From IMG/VR virus record IMGVR_UViG_3300011403_000019, positions 1 through 43,513 of that record: a stretch of 43,513 nt of DNA; one strand, written 5' to 3'. The notes below the pieces were generated by a model. The model saw only the letters and a program-made list of their open reading frames with translations. It made no database searches and had not been told where the DNA came from. A program made the position numbers and the translations under genes. Positions 25,872-36,231 of this stretch are shown one piece after another (within the stretch, counting starts at the first letter, position 1; the number at the start of each line of letters is the position of its first letter). Source of the stretch: a virus (taxonomy: Duplodnaviria > Caudoviricetes).

Positions 25872-28800
25872 TATCCAACCCTCTGCCAGAGGCCCCACTG
25901 CGTACCACCGAACGTATCACCACCAAGCCAACGCCATGAACCCGGCAGTGCCGCACCCCATGATGTATTTGTGCCGGTACCATCCCAACGATGCAAGTAG
26001 CTGCCTGCTAGCACTTGATTAGGTGCGATATAGCTCGTACCTGTAGCTGGGTTGTACCAACCACCATCAACAGTTGCTAAGTGCTTCTCACCGATGTTCT
26101 CATACGTGTTAGTAGCCAAGCCAATCTGCAAACCACCATAGTTCTGCAAGCCGTAGATAGCAGATGTAAAGCCAGCAGCAGGGATAGCTGGTAGGTTAGC
26201 AGTAGTATAGACAACAGCACCGTTGACAAGTAACGTACCACCGGGTGTCTCAAACCTGAAATGCGTGGCATCGTTCCATAGGTATCTATTGCCAGCATTA
26301 CCGAAGAACAGCGCACCTGTAGTTGGTGATGCAGAACCAGCACGTGTGATCGTAACGTCGTTGTTATGCAACGTCGTGCCGGTGATCGTGGCATTGCCAG
26401 ATGCAGTGAATGCACCACCAACACCGAACGTACCAGTGACAGTCAGATTGCCTGTGAACGAAGCAGGACCAGTGCTAGGCAGCCTCGTGCCTATTTGACT
26501 GTCTACATACGTCTTGTTCGTAAGATGCGGACCAAGTGTAGGAGGCGCACTCGCACTAATTGGTCCTACTAATGTAAGTGCACCGTCAACCTTTAGTGCA
26601 CCGGGGATAGTGACTTTGCCATCACTACCAATACGCACGCGTTCCGTTAAGACGGTCGAACCTGTCGCCAAACTAATAGCAGTAGGCAGAACACCTGGAG
26701 ATACAGCACCATCAACAACAAAAGTAATGTTGCCGTTGATCGGCCAATTCACACCATCGAAGCCCTGCCCTTGGATGCTACCAATAATGTCATTCAGTAT
26801 TAGTGTGGTTGGTGCAGCCTTTGTTCCCCTAGCGCGCCCAAGATAGTAGATCGACGCCACCGCATCCGCGTAAGTCCATTGTCCTGTTGAGGCTCCATCA
26901 GTAGTCCAATCTGCGATAGTGCCCGACACATGAATAGGTGATGTCGGCTCGCTAGTGCCAATACCTACGAAACCACCGCTGGTGATGCGGAAGCGTTCCG
27001 CTATGTTATCGTTTGTCGTACCTGTAGCGACGTAGAACGCTAGTGGCATCACACCGGGTGAGACAGGCCCATCTACTCTAGCACCCATCTGCGCAGAGAA
27101 CTGATCTGTAACACCGTCGAAACCACCCCAGCCACATACACCGATGTATCTACCTTGTACTAGTGGCAACGGCGCATTCTGCGTACCATGTGCGAACTTG
27201 AAGTAGATGCCTTCGCTATAACCGCCGTTGCTATACGTGTAATTCTGTATGACTGATGTAAGCCCACCACCTACATCATAGTGTGATACCCACACACCTT
27301 GATCGTCCAGACCACCGGGTGTCCAACCGGGTGGACGCATGTAGATAGCACCATCGCTACCGATGCGTAGGTGTTCTTCTGGATTGCTAGCACCGTTCTT
27401 GAATACTATGTCTGTAGGAGCATGGTCAGCAGAAGGTGTACCGTTGACTACGAATTGTATACTCGCAGTCATTGGGAACGTATCAGGTGTAGCAGCACCG
27501 CCAGCTACGATCTCACCTAACACATAGCCGTTAGCAATAGCACCCCAACCTAATCCAGCACGGAAGAATGTAACCTCTGGAGCAGATAGTGGATCACCAC
27601 TAGCAACGTCGAACTCTAGATAACGACCATCAGTGTATACGTCAGCAACAGTACCCAAGCCATCATTAGTAGTGACTTGGAACTTGCCCCATAGCACACC
27701 ACCATAAGCCTCAGTACCAATGCCTACACTACCACCGCTAGTAATGCGCAAACGTTCTTCTGGAAGGGTTACACCATTAGTTTTAGATGTCTTAAGTATG
27801 ATAGCTGCTGATCCAGTAGCTCCATCATCTACGCGCACCTCAATCCGCGCGGCTTCACCCCAAGTAGAGGGTGGTGCTAATGTGCCGAAGTAGAAGGCTC
27901 CTACCATGTCGCCTAATTGTATTGGCGTCGGTGCAACAATTGTTCCTCGTGAGCGGGATACAGAAAATCCGTTAGCTGCCTCGGCACTCTCACTGGCGTT
28001 ATCTAATTGAAGCCAAGCATTACCAACAACATCGCCTCCGATGTAGGTTTGCCAAGCAACTCCATCACCTATAACAAGTTTAGCATCGTATGGCGCTCCA
28101 GCAGGCATACCAATGCCTAGAGGACCAGTCATCGTGTCGCCAGTCTTAGCGACAGCATTGATCCTAGTAGTAAACGCCTGCTGCTTAGCTAGCGTATCAG
28201 CATCTAGCATAGCTGGTGTGATCTGATCATCAACTACAACAGCAGCACCACCTTGTGCCAGCAAGTTCCAGTTCGCACTAGGAGGGGATGAGTTCGTGTT
28301 GTTGTTGATAGCGATGTATGAGTTGCCTAGTAGAGCAACAGCGTCATTGACTACATACGCAGTCGCACTGTTCCACGTGCCTTTCCATGCAATGCCGCCA
28401 GTACCGTTGATACCACGTGCACCACTAACATAGATGTTCCAGTTAGCGAGGCCAACACCGCTACCAGTCGTACCTGTGATATTGACTTGCAACGTAGTAC
28501 CGACATACGACGTGACTTGACCAGACATCGTATTCGCGATGTTGCCAGCATCTACAATCGTGACGAAGTTGCCTACGTTGAACTGCTTGCCTGATTGTGT
28601 AGTGAATGTCTTCGCACCATTGTTGATCGTGTTCGCTGTAGTAGACGTACCGAACAGAGCAAGTGCTTGGTTAGCTGCACTCGTTGCACTAGCAGCACTA
28701 GCGGCAGCAGATGCGGCTGCGTTAGTCTCACTAGTAGCAGCATTCGTAGCATGTCCTGCGGCGGTTGATGCACTAGTTGCAGCATTACCTTCACTAGTAG

Positions 28801-29458
28801 CAGCGTTAGTCGCACTAGCAGCCGCAGCCCCTGCGTGACCAGCGGCTACACCCGCACTACCTGATGCAGCTACAGCACTGCCAGCGGCATCTGCGGCACT
28901 ATCGGCAGCAGCTTCCGCACTCAGAGCAGCAGCTAGCTCAGACGCAGCAGCCGCAGATGCACTACCAGCAGCCGCGTTGATACTATCAGTAGCATCAAAG
29001 ACGATCTGCCAATTGACTTCATCAGGTGGGAAGGTTGCGCTAGATGTGTGCGGTATAGTGCACAAGCGATATGTGTAATCATCGGTGAATGTAATGTCAC
29101 CAATCGCGTATGTTGTAGTAGGCGTCCACGCACCACGGAATAGCGGTGTGCCTACAAGCTGCAATGCCCATGTATCAGGGTTGGTTAATCTAAATGCTTC
29201 AAACGTACCAGATGCAGGGCTAGTATGCGCTACAAGGCAACGATACAAGTCATTCGTAATATCATCAAATACACGATCACCTACTAAATACGCAGTGTTA
29301 TGCATCCACTCGCCACGTACCTGCGGTACTGCGGCTTGTTGTAGCATAGCATCAAGCAGGTTCCAGTTGTCATACTCAAGAGTATGCCAACGTGGTGTAT
29401 CGAAGTTTATGAGTTTGAATTTATAGTTATCAGTATAGCCGCGAACATTAGCTACCAT
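25871..29458 (-). CDS. Tail fibre / receptor-binding protein
   Basis: W...AY..GD-type carbohydrate-binding-like repeats, Ala/Ser coiled coil, four ER.RI.S.G modules, HLTNKTYVD motif. Confidence 0.85.
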   Translation of the reverse strand: MVANVRGYTDNYKFKLINFDTPRWHTLEYDNWNLLDAMLQQAAVPQVRGEWMHNTAYLVGDRVFDDITNDLYRCLVAHTSPASGTFEAFRLTNPDTWALQLVGTPLFRGAWTPTTTYAIGDITFTDDYTYRLCTIPHTSSATFPPDEVNWQIVFDATDSINAAAGSASAAAASELAAALSAEAAADSAADAAGSAVAASGSAGVAAGHAGAAAASATNAATSEGNAATSASTAAGHATNAATSETNAAASAAASAASATSAANQALALFGTSTTANTINNGAKTFTTQSGKQFNVGNFVTIVDAGNIANTMSGQVTSYVGTTLQVNITGTTGSGVGLANWNIYVSGARGINGTGGIAWKGTWNSATAYVVNDAVALLGNSYIAINNNTNSSPPSANWNLLAQGGAAVVVDDQITPAMLDADTLAKQQAFTTRINAVAKTGDTMTGPLGIGMPAGAPYDAKLVIGDGVAWQTYIGGDVVGNAWLQLDNASESAEAANGFSVSRSRGTIVAPTPIQLGDMVGAFYFGTLAPPSTWGEAARIEVRVDDGATGSAAIILKTSKTNGVTLPEERLRITSGGSVGIGTEAYGGVLWGKFQVTTNDGLGTVADVYTDGRYLEFDVASGDPLSAPEVTFFRAGLGWGAIANGYVLGEIVAGGAATPDTFPMTASIQFVVNGTPSADHAPTDIVFKNGASNPEEHLRIGSDGAIYMRPPGWTPGGLDDQGVWVSHYDVGGGLTSVIQNYTYSNGGYSEGIYFKFAHGTQNAPLPLVQGRYIGVCGWGGFDGVTDQFSAQMGARVDGPVSPGVMPLAFYVATGTTNDNIAERFRITSGGFVGIGTSEPTSPIHVSGTIADWTTDGASTGQWTYADAVASIYYLGRARGTKAAPTTLILNDIIGSIQGQGFDGVNWPINGNITFVVDGAVSPGVLPTAISLATGSTVLTERVRIGSDGKVTIPGALKVDGALTLVGPISASAPPTLGPHLTNKTYVDSQIGTRLPSTGPASFTGNLTVTGTFGVGGAFTASGNATITGTTLHNNDVTITRAGSASPTTGALFFGNAGNRYLWNDATHFRFETPGGTLLVNGAVVYTTANLPAIPAAGFTSAIYGLQNYGGLQIGLATNTYENIGEKHLATVDGGWYNPATGTSYIAPNQVLAGSYLHRWDGTGTNTSWGAALPGSWRWLGGDTFGGTQWGLWQRVG

Positions 29459-29532
29459 GATATTGCCCACATACTGCAATAGGCAATATAGCCAGCACGT
29501 CTTTTTGATGTGTCGCTGCGCGAAGCAGACTT

Positions 29533-29561
29533 CTTATAGCATGATAACTGAAAGTTGTCAA
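29533..29561 (-). promoter_or_regulatory. Sigma70 promoter for the tail fibre operon
   Basis: Minus strand TTGACA-17 nt-TATAAG with TGn; TATAC box 5 nt upstream of -35. Confidence 0.7.
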
Positions 29562-29581
29562 GGGGTTATACAATGTATATG

Positions 29582-32071
29582 TCATCCTCGCACCTGACTA
29601 CCGCGCTGATACAAGAATGACAATCCGCTAAGGCTGAGTGCTTGTGTGCTGCTTCCTGTTATACGTGTCTTAAGTATCTTGAACTTCATAGGCATCTGCC
29701 ACAGCTTCTGCTCACGTGTACGACGACCTGCGCCGTAGACTTGTGCACCGATGCCGTATGCGCCAGCGTCATTAGGTACGAACTGCAAGCTGCGTGCTGG
29801 AATGAGTTGTCCAGTAGTCGCATCCTTGTAGATGTTATCATCAAAGATGTCGAGCTTGAATGGTGCTTCACCACTTGCATCTATGTGTACAAAGCGCAGT
29901 GCTTTCGTGTTCTGTCTAGCACCGAAGTCTGACCACGGTAGCTCCCACGCAAAGTTGATACCTTCGCCGCGATATTCCTCCCAGCTATCAGGCTCCATAT
30001 CGCGTGCTTCGTGGAAGCTAGCTGCGGTAGTAGTTACATCTTCGATGCACTTGTATACGACTTCCTCGCTGTTATCGAATACACGCTGTCCTACTGTGTA
30101 TGCTTGCCCACTTGTCCATGTTGCGAAGTCGTACATACCCTTCCAATCAGCGTACACATGATTGTCAGGTGAACCATAGCGCATCATATAGCCGTCAGGT
30201 GTGAATAGGAACGAACGTCCCTCAATCGTGCCACAGCCACAGTTGAACTTCATGTTCTCTAGCGTCTTGAAGCGTGACCATGCGAATAGCTTTAGCTGCG
30301 GCACATAATGGTAGATATAGCCAATGGTCTGATCGTTGATTGGTTGTATCTTCGCATTCGCACCGCCGCCGCCGATAGTTGTAGGTGGTGTAGTAGGTAG
30401 ATCGGCACCAATGCTAACGAGCACGTAGTCATTGCTCAACACGCTGATAACACGCCGACGACCATTGATGTCTGTATCTAGTATACCTGAGAACCCTGTT
30501 GCATCTATGATGTCTAGCTGATCGCCTACTTCTAGCTGGTGATCATCATGTCGCATAATCAGCGCACGCTTAGTGAACTCATTGCGTGCCATTTCCTTGT
30601 CGAAGTAGAACGGATCGCGTGTTAGCTCGCGTACGTCCTGTGTGTCATACTTTGGCAAGTAATAGTGCACGCTCTTGTTCTTAGCATCATAGAAGCCGAA
30701 CGCTTTCAAACGCATCGTCTCTTTGCGCAATCTACCAATGTGACTGCTCAGCATCGTCTCAATGTAGTTGCTAACACGCTCAGCTTGCACAGCGTTGCTA
30801 ACTGTTGAGAGCTTCGCACTAGGTACACCGTTGAAGTCTACCATAAACACGTCGCTGCCTATCTCAACGATAGTACGCGGCGCATTAGTGCCGAAGCCGT
30901 TCAATGTGTCAATAGGTACAGGATCATGCAGTGGGCTAGATGTGCCAGCTACAGTTACTTCTGGTCCGTACTTCATCATCGTCGTAGCTGTAGGTGTAAT
31001 AACTAGCACAACGTCCTTAATAACTGCAAAGCCGCGCACTGTCTGCTCAGGGCTAGCAACGATCTTCGACATGTTGATGTCAACAGCCTTACCAGCGTTG
31101 ACAGAACCTACGTACACCTGTGCGGTGTTCTCATCTGATATGCGTATAGATGTCAGACGTTCGTCAACTGGTAGCAACTCTGTATCGTGTAGTGTGAAGT
31201 ATCTAAACGCCGACTTACACGCATCGAATGCTGGAATGTTCACATCACCATTCACACCATCTAGCAGCGGTGCTACCCAATCACTTTGTGTGAAGTCAAT
31301 ACGCAATGGCTTATCACGCCCATTGCTGCATATCAGCGCGCTACCGAAGATGTCACTAGCGACTAGCTCTGTATACGTCCACGCAATAGGTGCGAGCGGG
31401 CGTGCTGCTGTAATCTCTTGGCTCCATATACGTTGTGCCTGCTTATCACGGTCAATGCGAATAATCTCACCTGTGCTAGTCCAGATGATAATGTAGTTCG
31501 CAAAGTACTTAGCCTCGATAGGCTCACCGCCGAGTAGGTGATTGTCCTTCACATAGTTGACAGTTGTATCTGTAGAAGGTCCAGCCGCTGTAGCTCTGTT
31601 AGTGACTACAATCTCAAACTGGTTCGCATTGAGAACCTGTCTAATGCCGTGCGTGCGATTGATCATTTCAGGAACAATGCCGTTCCACGTATTAGACCAA
31701 CCGCTAAACGTCACATGCTCATGTGCAGCGCCTACAAATTGGTGATCTACCCAATCGACAAGTATAATGCGCTCTGTGTTCGATGTAACGTTTGTGGTGA
31801 GTGTGAGGCTAGTGATAGCTCCACTACTCTCTACACCTTGACGCAGCTTGTACCACATTTCGTAACCATAGCGCGGACCTACACGCCTATCGGTATACGT
31901 CACCATGTTGTCAAACACAGGTGAGAACTTGCTTGTTAAGTTCTGCTCACTATCGACAACGTTCAACCCACCGCCGAAGTCACGGATGGTGGTGTTGTTG
32001 AGCTTGCTAGTAGGACGTGGCTGTTTAGGTCTACCGAGCGGCTTCAACGAGCGGCTGAGCATCTGTACCAT
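29582..32071 (-). CDS. Tail nozzle / tubular protein B-like
   Basis: DFGGGLN N-terminus, beta-rich, ~830 aa, follows adaptor gene with TAATG overlap. Confidence 0.7.
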   Translation of the reverse strand: MVQMLSRSLKPLGRPKQPRPTSKLNNTTIRDFGGGLNVVDSEQNLTSKFSPVFDNMVTYTDRRVGPRYGYEMWYKLRQGVESSGAITSLTLTTNVTSNTERIILVDWVDHQFVGAAHEHVTFSGWSNTWNGIVPEMINRTHGIRQVLNANQFEIVVTNRATAAGPSTDTTVNYVKDNHLLGGEPIEAKYFANYIIIWTSTGEIIRIDRDKQAQRIWSQEITAARPLAPIAWTYTELVASDIFGSALICSNGRDKPLRIDFTQSDWVAPLLDGVNGDVNIPAFDACKSAFRYFTLHDTELLPVDERLTSIRISDENTAQVYVGSVNAGKAVDINMSKIVASPEQTVRGFAVIKDVVLVITPTATTMMKYGPEVTVAGTSSPLHDPVPIDTLNGFGTNAPRTIVEIGSDVFMVDFNGVPSAKLSTVSNAVQAERVSNYIETMLSSHIGRLRKETMRLKAFGFYDAKNKSVHYYLPKYDTQDVRELTRDPFYFDKEMARNEFTKRALIMRHDDHQLEVGDQLDIIDATGFSGILDTDINGRRRVISVLSNDYVLVSIGADLPTTPPTTIGGGGANAKIQPINDQTIGYIYHYVPQLKLFAWSRFKTLENMKFNCGCGTIEGRSFLFTPDGYMMRYGSPDNHVYADWKGMYDFATWTSGQAYTVGQRVFDNSEEVVYKCIEDVTTTAASFHEARDMEPDSWEEYRGEGINFAWELPWSDFGARQNTKALRFVHIDASGEAPFKLDIFDDNIYKDATTGQLIPARSLQFVPNDAGAYGIGAQVYGAGRRTREQKLWQMPMKFKILKTRITGSSTQALSLSGLSFLYQRGSQVRG

Positions 32072-32712
32072 TACGCCCACCTATTCCAAACACCACGTGT
32101 AGACAGTGAGCTATCTAGCGGTATAGTGTGCTGCGTCCTGTTGAACTGTGCTAATGCATCTTGAAACAGCACACGGAATTTGTCACTAGCACCGGGGTTC
32201 GTACCATCGTCTTCTAGTACGTCCCAACATGTGCCTAGTAGTAGAAGCTGCGTATCCATGTAAATAGGATCGCCGTCTTCTTCAAAGTCATCTGGCTTAG
32301 TGCGATACGTGATGTATACTTCACCACCTGTTGTAATAGGTAGTATCTTAAACATCTTCGCAGGGTTTGTAGCCATCGGCCTGATGCTAGGGTGCTGAAT
32401 GTCTCTATCGCGCGTATTCATAGGTGCGATAGGCAATGGCCTTGGAGAACTTTCCGACATGACACTGTGTAGATCGCGCCAGTCATTCAACTTGTTTGTG
32501 AGGTCGCCAGTGATCATGCCACTAACGCCGTCGAGTACATATGTCTCCTGATACACTGTATAATCAGGTAGCCAGTACTCTCTGAATAGCAGGTCGAACT
32601 TGTGCTGTACTGCTAGCTGTATACGTGGCTCAGCGTATATTTGTGCATCTAATCCTTCGACTAGTGCGAGCCGCTGTAGTACTTTAGTAACTATCTGTCC
32701 GAACGTAATCAT
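32071..32712 (-). CDS. Head-tail adaptor / tubular protein A-like
   Basis: MITFGQIVTKVLQRL start, ~213 aa, position after head genes. Confidence 0.65.
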   Translation of the reverse strand: MITFGQIVTKVLQRLALVEGLDAQIYAEPRIQLAVQHKFDLLFREYWLPDYTVYQETYVLDGVSGMITGDLTNKLNDWRDLHSVMSESSPRPLPIAPMNTRDRDIQHPSIRPMATNPAKMFKILPITTGGEVYITYRTKPDDFEEDGDPIYMDTQLLLLGTCWDVLEDDGTNPGASDKFRVLFQDALAQFNRTQHTIPLDSSLSTRGVWNRWA

Positions 32713-32720
32713 ATAAGTTA

Positions 32721-32756
32721 CAGCCTGCACAGTGGTCTTGTACACCGTGCAGGCTG
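32721..32756 (-). terminator. Hairpin after head gene cluster (probable terminator or attenuator)
   Basis: CAGCCTGCAC/GTGCAGGCTG perfect 10-bp stem; weak U tract. Confidence 0.5.
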
Positions 32757-32778
32757 CTCCCTTAGTTGACTAGTTAAG

Positions 32779-32991
32779 TTACGCTGCGGTCGTAATGTCT
32801 TCAGGCTTCACTACTTTGTCACTACCGTCTTCAAAGATAGCAGTCACTTGTGCGTCAGGCGTACTAAGCTGGTAGCCATCATCACCAGCACGTGATGGTC
32901 TAACAGCAACAACAAGTCGATCTCCGTACATCTTCTGTTGCTGCTGTGTCGCCTTCACAGGCGGTGTATACTTCGTTTCTTTCTCAGCCAT
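32779..32991 (-). CDS. Hypothetical protein
   Basis: GGAGG RBS. Confidence 0.7.
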   Translation of the reverse strand: MAEKETKYTPPVKATQQQQKMYGDRLVVAVRPSRAGDDGYQLSTPDAQVTAIFEDGSDKVVKPEDITTAA

Positions 32992-33006
32992 TGTAACCTC
33001 CGTTAC

Positions 33007-33654
33007 TTAAACGTGTGCCGAGCCATGCAGATTGTTGCGATCTACAAAGCAGGTGAAGCGGTAGAACGTAGTACCACCGGGACTCTGGTTCGGTGTATAA
33101 CGTCCGCGCGGATCACCACTTGTGAGCGTCTGCACAGTTACGCCAGTCTGCAACGCACCAGCAGTCGGTACAAGGTCGTTCACAGTCTCACCGAGCATCT
33201 GCGTGTTGAGCACCTTGTACGGCACACCGAGAATGTTGCCGAAGCCAAGGTTCAACGTAAGACCAGCAACAGCACTGAAGCTGATGCTAGAGATGTCAGC
33301 GAACATCTTCTGACCGAGAGTGAGTGAGTTCGCTACACCAAGCTGTTCGCGCATTGGCTGACCGAGATAGTCATAACCAGTGACGATAACAGTGCATGAA
33401 CCGACAGCACTCAGGGTACCAGTGAAGTTGCGACCATAGCGACCCATCATAGCTGGGTTGAAGGACGCAATAGGCACAGCAACACCGGCAGCATTCACGC
33501 TCTGTGCAGCGAGAATAGCATTCGATGATGCAGCAGGCATTGCAGGAATATCAACGGTAGTGATACCGTCAACACCGACATCAGCCGCATACACCATGTC
33601 AGCGACACGATGATTAATGCGACGCATTCCGGGGATAGCAACTTGTACGGCCAT
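33007..33654 (-). CDS. Putative head decoration / minor capsid protein
   Basis: Beta-rich Gly/Ala/Thr composition, downstream of capsid gene. Confidence 0.55.
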   Translation of the reverse strand: MAVQVAIPGMRRINHRVADMVYAADVGVDGITTVDIPAMPAASSNAILAAQSVNAAGVAVPIASFNPAMMGRYGRNFTGTLSAVGSCTVIVTGYDYLGQPMREQLGVANSLTLGQKMFADISSISFSAVAGLTLNLGFGNILGVPYKVLNTQMLGETVNDLVPTAGALQTGVTVQTLTSGDPRGRYTPNQSPGGTTFYRFTCFVDRNNLHGSAHV

Positions 33655-33659
33655 TGTAC

Positions 33660-34115
33660 TTATTCCTCTTTATCTGATTGCTCGCTGGCAGCAAGCAGCT
33701 TGTTGAGTAGATCAGGGTCTTTATCAAGTAGCTGCGTGATAGCATCGAGCGATTGTTTCTGCTTTGTGGATAATGCAGCGTTAGCTTGCTGCATGCCTAC
33801 AGGTGTATCGTCGCCACCATCCATGAATAGCGGCACTAGGTTCTTATCGAGCTTCAACCTCACAAGATCTTCGTGAGTGACGAACACACTATCGCCTCGT
33901 AGAGTGCGAACCATGTATCCTTCAATCTCAACATCAGTAGGCACAACACGGAAACCGATTTCGTCTTTGACGGTGCGATTGACTACAGTCTTACGCTTCA
34001 TCGGTTCAACGATGTATGCAGGCACAGCCTTCTGCTTCTGATCCATGCTAAACGCTTGTTGCGTCTGCGATGGCTTGTTCTCGAAGCTGACTACTGGTGT
34101 TGGCTCACTAGACAT
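33660..34115 (-). CDS. Hypothetical protein
   Basis: AAGGAG RBS directly after the capsid gene. Confidence 0.7.
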   Translation of the reverse strand: MSSEPTPVVSFENKPSQTQQAFSMDQKQKAVPAYIVEPMKRKTVVNRTVKDEIGFRVVPTDVEIEGYMVRTLRGDSVFVTHEDLVRLKLDKNLVPLFMDGGDDTPVGMQQANAALSTKQKQSLDAITQLLDKDPDLLNKLLAASEQSDKEE

Positions 34116-34125
34116 TGTAACTCCT

Positions 34126-35076
34126 TTAGTCGTTCACTACAGCGTGGGTGCGGTATTGCTTCCACGTGGCGAACTGACATTGCGTGATGACACGCTGTCC
34201 GTAGCCGTCAATCGTCCACGGTGCAGTGAGGTCAACATTCTTCATGTTGTTATCACCGAGGATATGAAGGCGCAGGTAGGTGTCGTTGAGGAAGTAAGCA
34301 CGATCAACCGGGCAGCTTTCATCATAGATGATGGGTACGCCGTTGTGGCTGATACCATCAAAGCCGAGGTCCATCATACGCTTGCCGCTGCTTGTGTTCG
34401 TGAGCGGAATAGTGAGCTTGCTACGAACGGCAGCACGATACAGGCGATAGTGATTGCGTCCAGCAATGATAACCTTCGGACGCTCTGTACCTTGTTTGAG
34501 GTCAAGGAGAACGTCATCATACGCTTCCTCGATATTCGTCGCGTTAAGAGTGCCTGCGAAGTCATATGACGATGAACGCCACTGTACTTCTGTCGCACGA
34601 TCAACACCAGCGAGTGATCCAACAGTAGGATCATCAGGAATAAGCAGCGCAAGTCCATTCGGATCATTGCCACCACCCAAGCCGTAGAGATAGCCGCTGA
34701 ACTTCTCCTTGATGCTCAACTCAAGAGCCTCAAGTTTACCTTGCAGCAGCTTCACAGCAGCCTGTTCACCCTTGTTCTCGTCTTCTTCCTGATTGCTGAT
34801 GATAACAGTACCAGCAATACGGCTCCAACGATATTCAAGCTTGATGAACTCCTGCGTCTGCACGACTGGCAAGCTGTCGTAGTAGCTATAGCTGCCAACC
34901 GAGGGATTGCGTCCAGTCAACAGCGGGTTCGTGATGTTGTAACCGCTGCTCTCATTCTCGATACGATCACGCGCAAAGCACCAAGCCATAAGTGCGTTGC
35001 TCTGCATAGCGGCGACAATGAGCTTCTTACGCGAACGCTCAATAGTCGTCGCCAGTACGTTCTGGAGTACGGGCAT
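34126..35076 (-). CDS. Major capsid protein
   Basis: 316 aa after scaffold; HK97-fold-like features (GLALLI, GVPIIYDESCP, YFLN). Confidence 0.85.
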   Translation of the reverse strand: MPVLQNVLATTIERSRKKLIVAAMQSNALMAWCFARDRIENESSGYNITNPLLTGRNPSVGSYSYYDSLPVVQTQEFIKLEYRWSRIAGTVIISNQEEDENKGEQAAVKLLQGKLEALELSIKEKFSGYLYGLGGGNDPNGLALLIPDDPTVGSLAGVDRATEVQWRSSSYDFAGTLNATNIEEAYDDVLLDLKQGTERPKVIIAGRNHYRLYRAAVRSKLTIPLTNTSSGKRMMDLGFDGISHNGVPIIYDESCPVDRAYFLNDTYLRLHILGDNNMKNVDLTAPWTIDGYGQRVITQCQFATWKQYRTHAVVND

Positions 35077-35087
35077 TGTTCAATGTC

Positions 35088-36143
35088 CTATTTTGAGTTG
35101 AGTTCTGTGAACACTGCCGCAGCTATGTCTTTCCAAGGAGCATTAGCGCGGAAGTCTCCACGCGAGTTAGCGTTGTTAGATGTAGTCATGCCGCCATTTG
35201 GCTGTACACCGCGCATACTACCCGGTGTTGACCTTGGACGTTGACCATTACCACGTTGGCGCTGCATAGCTTGCTCAATCTGTGGCTTCAATGGTGACGT
35301 AAAGTCAAAGCCTCTGCGTTCGGCCCAACTACGTAGTTCATAGTACGCTTTTTCTGGCGACAAGCCGTGTTGCTGTACTAAGTTGCTGATTTCTACCCCA
35401 TGCGTTTCAGAATGAGGGTGACCTTGTACGAATTGCTCCATCTGCACTTGGGCGCGTTCTTCAATTTGCGCTTGCTGCTGACGTGCTTGTGTCTGCTTCT
35501 CTAGCGGACCTAAACGGCGATCTAGCTCGTTCGTAATAACACGTGCGTTGATCTGTGGTACTGCATCTGTACCAAAGAGCTGCTCCATAGTGACGCCAGT
35601 AGCCAACACACGCGCTACAACATCACGAACTGCCATGACAGGATCTTTTTCTGCCATAGCACGTAGCTGCAACGCCTCATGCGCCATCTGCGGCGACAAG
35701 TTGTGTTGCTTCATTACTTGATCTAGGCCTTGGTAGTGTTGCAGGTGCTCCTGCATCGCCCTTATTTGTCGCGCGCTTTGATTGGCGGCATACTGCGCGC
35801 GGTTGAGGTTGTAGGCGAGTTGCTTTTCTCTGCGCGTAGCTGCGACGACTTCGCCATTCTTGCCGAGTAGCTCTCCGCGCGGACCTTTTCGCGGTTTGTC
35901 TGTGAATAGCTGGTCGTCTTTGTCTTTTCCTGCTGGCTTATGACGGTCGCTGCCCGTTTCTTGGCGTTCGCCAGCGCCCGTTCCATCTGTACCACCATCT
36001 TGTCCTCCATCTACACCTTCAGGGTGACTAATAGGCAAATCAAGCTGCTGCTCACCACCTTCATCGCCACCTTCTTGCGGCGCATCTTTGATGTTGAACG
36101 TATCACCAACAGCAGACATCAAGTCTTTGTCTTCGCCAGGCAT
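35088..36143 (-). CDS. Capsid scaffolding protein
   Basis: Acidic disordered N-terminus, coiled coils, between portal and capsid genes. Confidence 0.7.
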   Translation of the reverse strand: MPGEDKDLMSAVGDTFNIKDAPQEGGDEGGEQQLDLPISHPEGVDGGQDGGTDGTGAGERQETGSDRHKPAGKDKDDQLFTDKPRKGPRGELLGKNGEVVAATRREKQLAYNLNRAQYAANQSARQIRAMQEHLQHYQGLDQVMKQHNLSPQMAHEALQLRAMAEKDPVMAVRDVVARVLATGVTMEQLFGTDAVPQINARVITNELDRRLGPLEKQTQARQQQAQIEERAQVQMEQFVQGHPHSETHGVEISNLVQQHGLSPEKAYYELRSWAERRGFDFTSPLKPQIEQAMQRQRGNGQRPRSTPGSMRGVQPNGGMTTSNNANSRGDFRANAPWKDIAAAVFTELNSK

Positions 36144-36231
36144 TGTAGCCTCCTTTAGAGTTCGTTCACCGCTATACAGCTATACCAAAAGCGCAACCAC
36201 GCTTTGCCATAGTATTTCGGTAGATCATTCA

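Noticed and set aside
25871-26200. Tail fibre tip as a diversity-generating retroelement target
   Set aside because: No reverse transcriptase and no template repeat seen
30768-31496. 242-aa + strand ORF and other antisense ORFs in the track
   Set aside because: Shadow frames of well-supported genes; no RBS or protein-like motifs
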